Both the position numbers and the translations under genes were made by a program. The notes beneath the pieces are model-generated. The model was not told the DNA's origin. It saw only the letters and a program-made list of their open reading frames with translations, and made no database searches. A stretch of 64,000 nucleotides of DNA, taken from assembly GCF_963921235.1 (NCBI RefSeq), contig NC_086115.1, forward strand, positions 17,546,001 through 17,610,000. Direction: 5' to 3'. Positions 59,296-64,000 of the stretch are shown one piece after another. The stretch's first letter is position 1; each line of letters begins with the position of its first letter. The stretch comes from Mobula hypostoma (Eukaryota).

Positions 59296-60938
59296 TTTTT
59301 GATGTTTTTCCCCTTTGAAGGTTATTTTGAAGATCCTGACCTGGAGTTACACTCTGCCTTTGATTCTTTACGGGAATGGGACCCGCTTTCAGAGACTCAA
59401 GACCGACCACCTTTTGATATCCCAAGGACGTGGTCTGGAAGACTAGCGCGCCCTCAGGGTGCCGGATTTTCGTGGCTCTGGAGACGGGCTGATGCAAGGC
59501 TAGTGCCTCCGACAGAGGTGTCGCAGGAGAACACGGAAGATCGGAAGCAGCGAGCTAGCTGCCTTGGGCAGAGACATGAGTTTTTTTGGGCACAGAGCTC
59601 GGAAAAAGCGATGCAACAGATTTTAACACCAGTAATCAGCGAGCTGTTTGTTATGTCTCCCCTCTCGCTGTGAAACGGGGGCACCTCTTTTTTTCCTTAT
59701 TAGGGAGAGAGAGCCTGTGGTATATCGAATTACTGAGTGAACGAGTAGTCTTTGGGGTACTGAAGGTATATGTCCTCACTGATGCTCGGTGGAGTGCGCT
59801 AATGCTTTTGAGGGTGGGGTGCGGAGGGAGTTCGTGGGAGGGAGGAGCTGGGGGAGTGCCTTGAGGTTCTAACGTTTACCATTCATTCTTTAGGGCACTC
59901 CTGTTTTCCTGGTTGTTTTCGGAGAAAAAATAATTACAGGGTGTATATTGTATGCATTTCTCTGACATCAAATGTTCCTATTGAACCCTATTGAAAACAG
60001 TCAATACCCCGGGGCGCCCATCGCCCCCGGAAGGTCCTCACTGTACCCATCACGACCGCGTTACTCCTTCTCCAAGGACAGCCGGGCAGGAACGTACCCT
60101 CGGAAAGGAGGCAGTCGGCCGTCTCGGGCAGCGCCCCCCACTTCCCGCCGCCTAGACCCGTGAATGGCGATCCTGGCCGGGCCCAGGACCAAGCCCACCA
60201 GGAGAACCTCCTCACGCCCGCCCCTTCCGAGCTGTATATGAGGAGCGCGGGAGTGAAGCGCAGTCAGAACCTCAGCGGCAGCTCCCTGAGAAACTCAGAA
60301 AGGGGCAGCAACCTCTCGCATTCCGTGTACCCATGGTACATTGATACCCCCACCTCGCTCCACTCTGGCCCCCTCTCAACTCCAGATCCCTCTCCACCCC
60401 TACCTCCTCACCCCTGACGGCTCCCCACCCCCACCTCTCTCCACTCTGACCCGCTCCTAACATTGACCCCTCTCCACGACCACGCGTCACACATGACCCA
60501 TCTCCAGACCGGACTCGCTTCCAACGCCTCAGTTTTCTCCACCCCCTCCTCTCTCTCCATTTGACCCCCTCCCCTACTTCACCCGATTTCCTCATCCCTA
60601 ACCCTTGTGCCCACACCTCACCTCTCCCCGCCCCGACGTTCTCACAACTCCTGAGCCCTTTGAATTCGGACATCCTCCCAAACTCTGATGCTTTTCAATC
60701 TCGACCTCTCCATTCCTGTCCATCTCCCCACTTCTGAGCGAACTTTGCCCGCAGGTTAACCCTCCCTATCGCCCCTCCCATCTACCACAGATCAGTCGGC
60801 CGGAGGTACTGAACTGTCCAATCTCCCCCTCTCACTGAAGAGTGTCTCCCAACCCTCGACAACGACTCCGTTCCCCACGCAGCCCGTCAGCACCCGTTGC
60901 AGTGGGTATAGGTCACCGGCACCGTAACAGCCGCTCAC

Positions 60939-60955
60939 CTGGTTTGTCTGTTCAT
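60939..60955 (-). CDS. Candidate GGH-like first coding exon B (MNRQTR)
   Basis: gcggccATG start, phase-2 end and a strong donor AG|GTgagc, in a CpG-containing non-repeat segment. Confidence 0.35.
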
Positions 60956-61439
60956 GGCCGCGGTTCCTTCGTAGCAGCACCCGCTCCGATCAATGATCTG
61001 GGCACAGGCTAATAGCAGCTTAAAAACCTCCCAAACCGGGACATTCCGTGTTACACAACCACCCGAGGAAACCCCAGCGAAACATTTTAACCCTTACTGC
61101 GCACGTTCACTGGACTCCGAGACGTTGCGTGAGGTCCTGAGGGTTATGACGGAAAAGCTACTTCAAATGAGTGTGGTAAATTCAGTTCTTATAAGCACCC
61201 TGACATATCTTCCCTCAGGCGGTTATCACATTCTAAAATTAGCAAAGAGGCTGATTACAAAAAAGAGAAAATTGGCAGATGATTGCAATCCAAAACAACA
61301 ACACACAGGTAATGCTGAAGGAACTCAACAGAGCTGGCAGGACCTGTAGAACAGAGCCAACAGTCGACTTTTCAGGCCGAGAGCTTTCATCGGGACCGTT
61401 TCGTCCATCGAATCTACGCAGGGTCGTTAAACAGAGATA

Positions 61440-62070
61440 CGGTTTCTAAGGAAGTAGCAAGCCGGGTGGACGAAGGAGAGGCAGTGCATATTATTTACTT
61501 GGATTTTCAGAAGGCATTTGATAAGTTACCACACATGAGGCTGCTTAACCAGATAAAATCCTATGGCGTTACAGGAAAGATGCTAGTATGCACAGAGGAA
61601 TGGCAGATAGGCAGGAGTGGGAATAAAGGTGGTTGTGGGCGGAGGGGGGGGGGGTGCTTTTCTGGTTGGTTGCCAGTGACTAGTGGTGTTCCTCAAGGGT
61701 CTATATTGGGAGGCTACTTTTTACATTGTCAGTGATTTGGATAATGAAGCTGATGGCTTTGAGGTAAAGTTTGCAGATGATATGAAGATAGGTGGAGGGG
61801 TAGGTAGTGCCGAGGAAGTGGTGCGATTGAAGCAGGACTTAGACAAATTGGAAGAATGGACAATAAAGTGGCAGATGGAATACAGTACCACAGACTGCGG
61901 TGGAGGCCAGCTCCGTGGATATCGTTAAGGTGGAAGTTGATAGCTTCCTGATCGGTCAGGGCATCAAAGGATATGCCGAGAAGGCAGATGAATGGGTTTG
62001 AGTGGCATCAGGGATCAGTCATGATGGAATGGGCTGAATGGCCTAATTCTGCTCCTATGTCTTTTGGTGT
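61440..62070 (+). mobile_element. CR1 RT fragment with internal deletion
   Basis: IYLDFQKAFDKLPH, SGVPQGSILG, KFADDMKIGG. Confidence 0.8.
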
Positions 62071-62199
62071 GATTCGCCTCACTCCCTTGCTCTCCGTATA
62101 TTATTCCATCAAGTCGGACTGAATGCTTTGCATCTGGCCCATTGCCTTTCAGGCCACTGCATCCAAGATACTGTAACAACACCAGCACACGGTTACAAA

Positions 62200-62398
62200 G
62201 TGCGACAGCCCAGCACGCTATTACTGAGTGTGAGAGGCTGTTCACTATCAGAGTGTGACAGACTGTTCACTATCACAGAGTGTGACATACCAGCACACTG
62301 TTATTGAGTGTGACAGACTGTTCACTATTACAAAGTCTGATATACCAGCACACTGTTACTGAGTGTGACTGACTGTTCACTATTACAGAGTGTGACAG
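62200..62398. repeat. Short tandem repeat (about 20-25 bp; cactattacagagtgtgacagactgtt variants)
   Basis: Visible repeated gagtgtgac and gttcactat units. Confidence 0.75.
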
Positions 62399-62894
62399 GG
62401 GCCGTCTCCCCTAACATTCCACACATCTGGGATGGGCCGGGGGCTTTCACCCCGCAGATGCAGGGTTCAATAGAAATTTAAAACACACAGTGAGAGAGAA
62501 GCCGTGCAAGTGTTGGGTGTGACTAGAAGTTAATATGTCAGCTCAGTTGTGTTGTGACGTCTGCTGCCAGAGTCTCGGCTGTCTCGATGTCTCAAGATCT
62601 GAAACAGTTGCTCACGCATTTGGAAATAACGCACATCCACTTCCCGAAAAAAGTAAATTAATCTCTCTCCCTCCCACAACAAAACAAGACAACAGCAAAG
62701 CAAGCCCCTTGCCCACTCTCCAACCTACCCACTCTAACACACAGGGTCGCAGTCAGCCGAACGTTGCCGCACAGCCTATCGATTGTGTAAAAATTCTTCC
62801 TGAAAAAAATTATTTGGACGAGAAATCCATCACAGTGGTCAGTTCAGAATGGCCTTCAGACACCATGAGTCAGGGATTCGATGGACACTGAGGT

Positions 62895-64000
62895 TTCCTG
62901 AGGAGTCACTGAGGTGGAAAATCTAGTCAGGTGGAAGAAGGCAGCATACATGAAGTTTAGGAAGCAAGAATCAGATGGGTCTATTGAGGAATTTAGGGTA
63001 ACAAGAAAGGAGCTTAAGAAGGGGCTGAGGAGAGCAAGAAGGGGGCATGAGAAGGCCTTGGCGAGTAGGGTGAAGGAAAACCCCAAGACATTCTTCAATT
63101 ATGTGAAGAATAAAAGGATGACAGGAGTGAAAGTAGGACCGATTAGAGATAAAGCTGGGAAGATGTGTCTGGAGGCTGTGGAAGTGAGCGAGGTCCTCAG
63201 TGAATACTTCTCTTCGGTATTCACCAATGAGAGGGAACTTGATGATGGTGAGGACAATATGAGTGAGGTTGATGTTCTGGAGCATGTTGATATTAAGGGA
63301 GAGGAGGTGTTGGAGTTGTTAAAATACATTGGGATGGATAAGTCTCCGGGGCCTGACGGAATATTCCCCAGGGTGCTCCACGAGGTGAGGGAAGAGATTG
63401 CTGAGCCTCTGGCTAGGATCTTTATGTCCTCATTGTCCACGGGAATGGTACTGGAGGATTGGAGGGAAGCAAATGTTGTTCCTTTGTTCAAAAAAGGTAG
63501 TAGGGATAGTCCGGGTAATTATAGACCAGTGAGCCTTACGTCTGTGGTGGGAAAGTTGTTGGAAAAGATTCTTAGAGATAGGATCTATGGGCATTTAGAG
63601 AATCATTGTCTGATCAGGGACAGTCAGCATGGCTTTGTGAAGGACAGATCGTGTCTAACAAGCCTGATAGAGTTCTTTGAGGAGGTGACCTGGCATATAG
63701 ATGAGGGTAGTGCAGTGGATGTGATCTACATGGATTTTAATTAGGCATTTGACAAGGTTCCACACGGTAGGCTTATTCAGAAAGTCAGAAGGCATGGGAT
63801 CCAAGGAAGTTTGGCTAGGTGGATTCAGAATTGGCTTTCCTGCAGAAAGCAGAGGGTTGTGGTGGAGGGAGTACATTCGGATTGGAGGGTTGTGACTAGT
63901 GGTGTCCCGCAAGGATCGGTTCTGGTACCCCTGTTTTCGTGATTTTTATTAACGACCTGGATGTGGGGGTAGAAGGGTGGGTTGGCAAGTTTGCAGACGA
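62895..64000 (+). mobile_element. Relatively young CR1 LINE ORF2 (tether plus RT), runs off the window end
   Basis: ORF 62914-63744: KSPGPDGIFPRVL, WREANVVPLFKKG, NYRPVSLTS, SQHGF, VDVIYMDF. A premature stop lies at 63742. Confidence 0.92.

Overview
Vertebrate genomic DNA, most likely a cartilaginous fish (ray/batoid), inferred from the repeat landscape: CR1 LINEs, HE1-like SINEs, Penelope-derived hairpins and Rex1/Babar. Four spliced protein-coding genes can be reconstructed by hand with GT-AG introns and consistent phases. (1) The last four coding exons of PDCD11/RRP5 (+, 142-5153). (2) CALHM1 (-, 14845-12774, 2 coding exons, 336 aa). (3) CALHM3 (-, 34409-29096, 2 coding exons, 328 aa). (4) A gamma-glutamyl-hydrolase-like paralog (-, nine exons 56471-45845 plus an uncertain first exon). 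It keeps the Cys-His-Glu triad, has several changed substrate-pocket residues and shows no visible signal peptide. CALHM2, which lies between PDCD11 and CALHM1 in mammals, is not found. The rest is mostly transposon-derived. It includes a Gmr1-type (SCAN-bearing) Gypsy LTR element with an in-frame integrase deletion, nested in a Penelope element that is itself nested in a Hero-like RLE element. There are also several TSD-flanked palindromic Penelope mini-elements with minimal hammerhead ribozyme cores, a hAT-Charlie fossil, a 64-bp hAT MITE, Tx1 fragments and minisatellites. Family assignments come from motif recognition and recalled reference sequences, not from database searches. Repeat boundaries are approximate unless TSDs are given.
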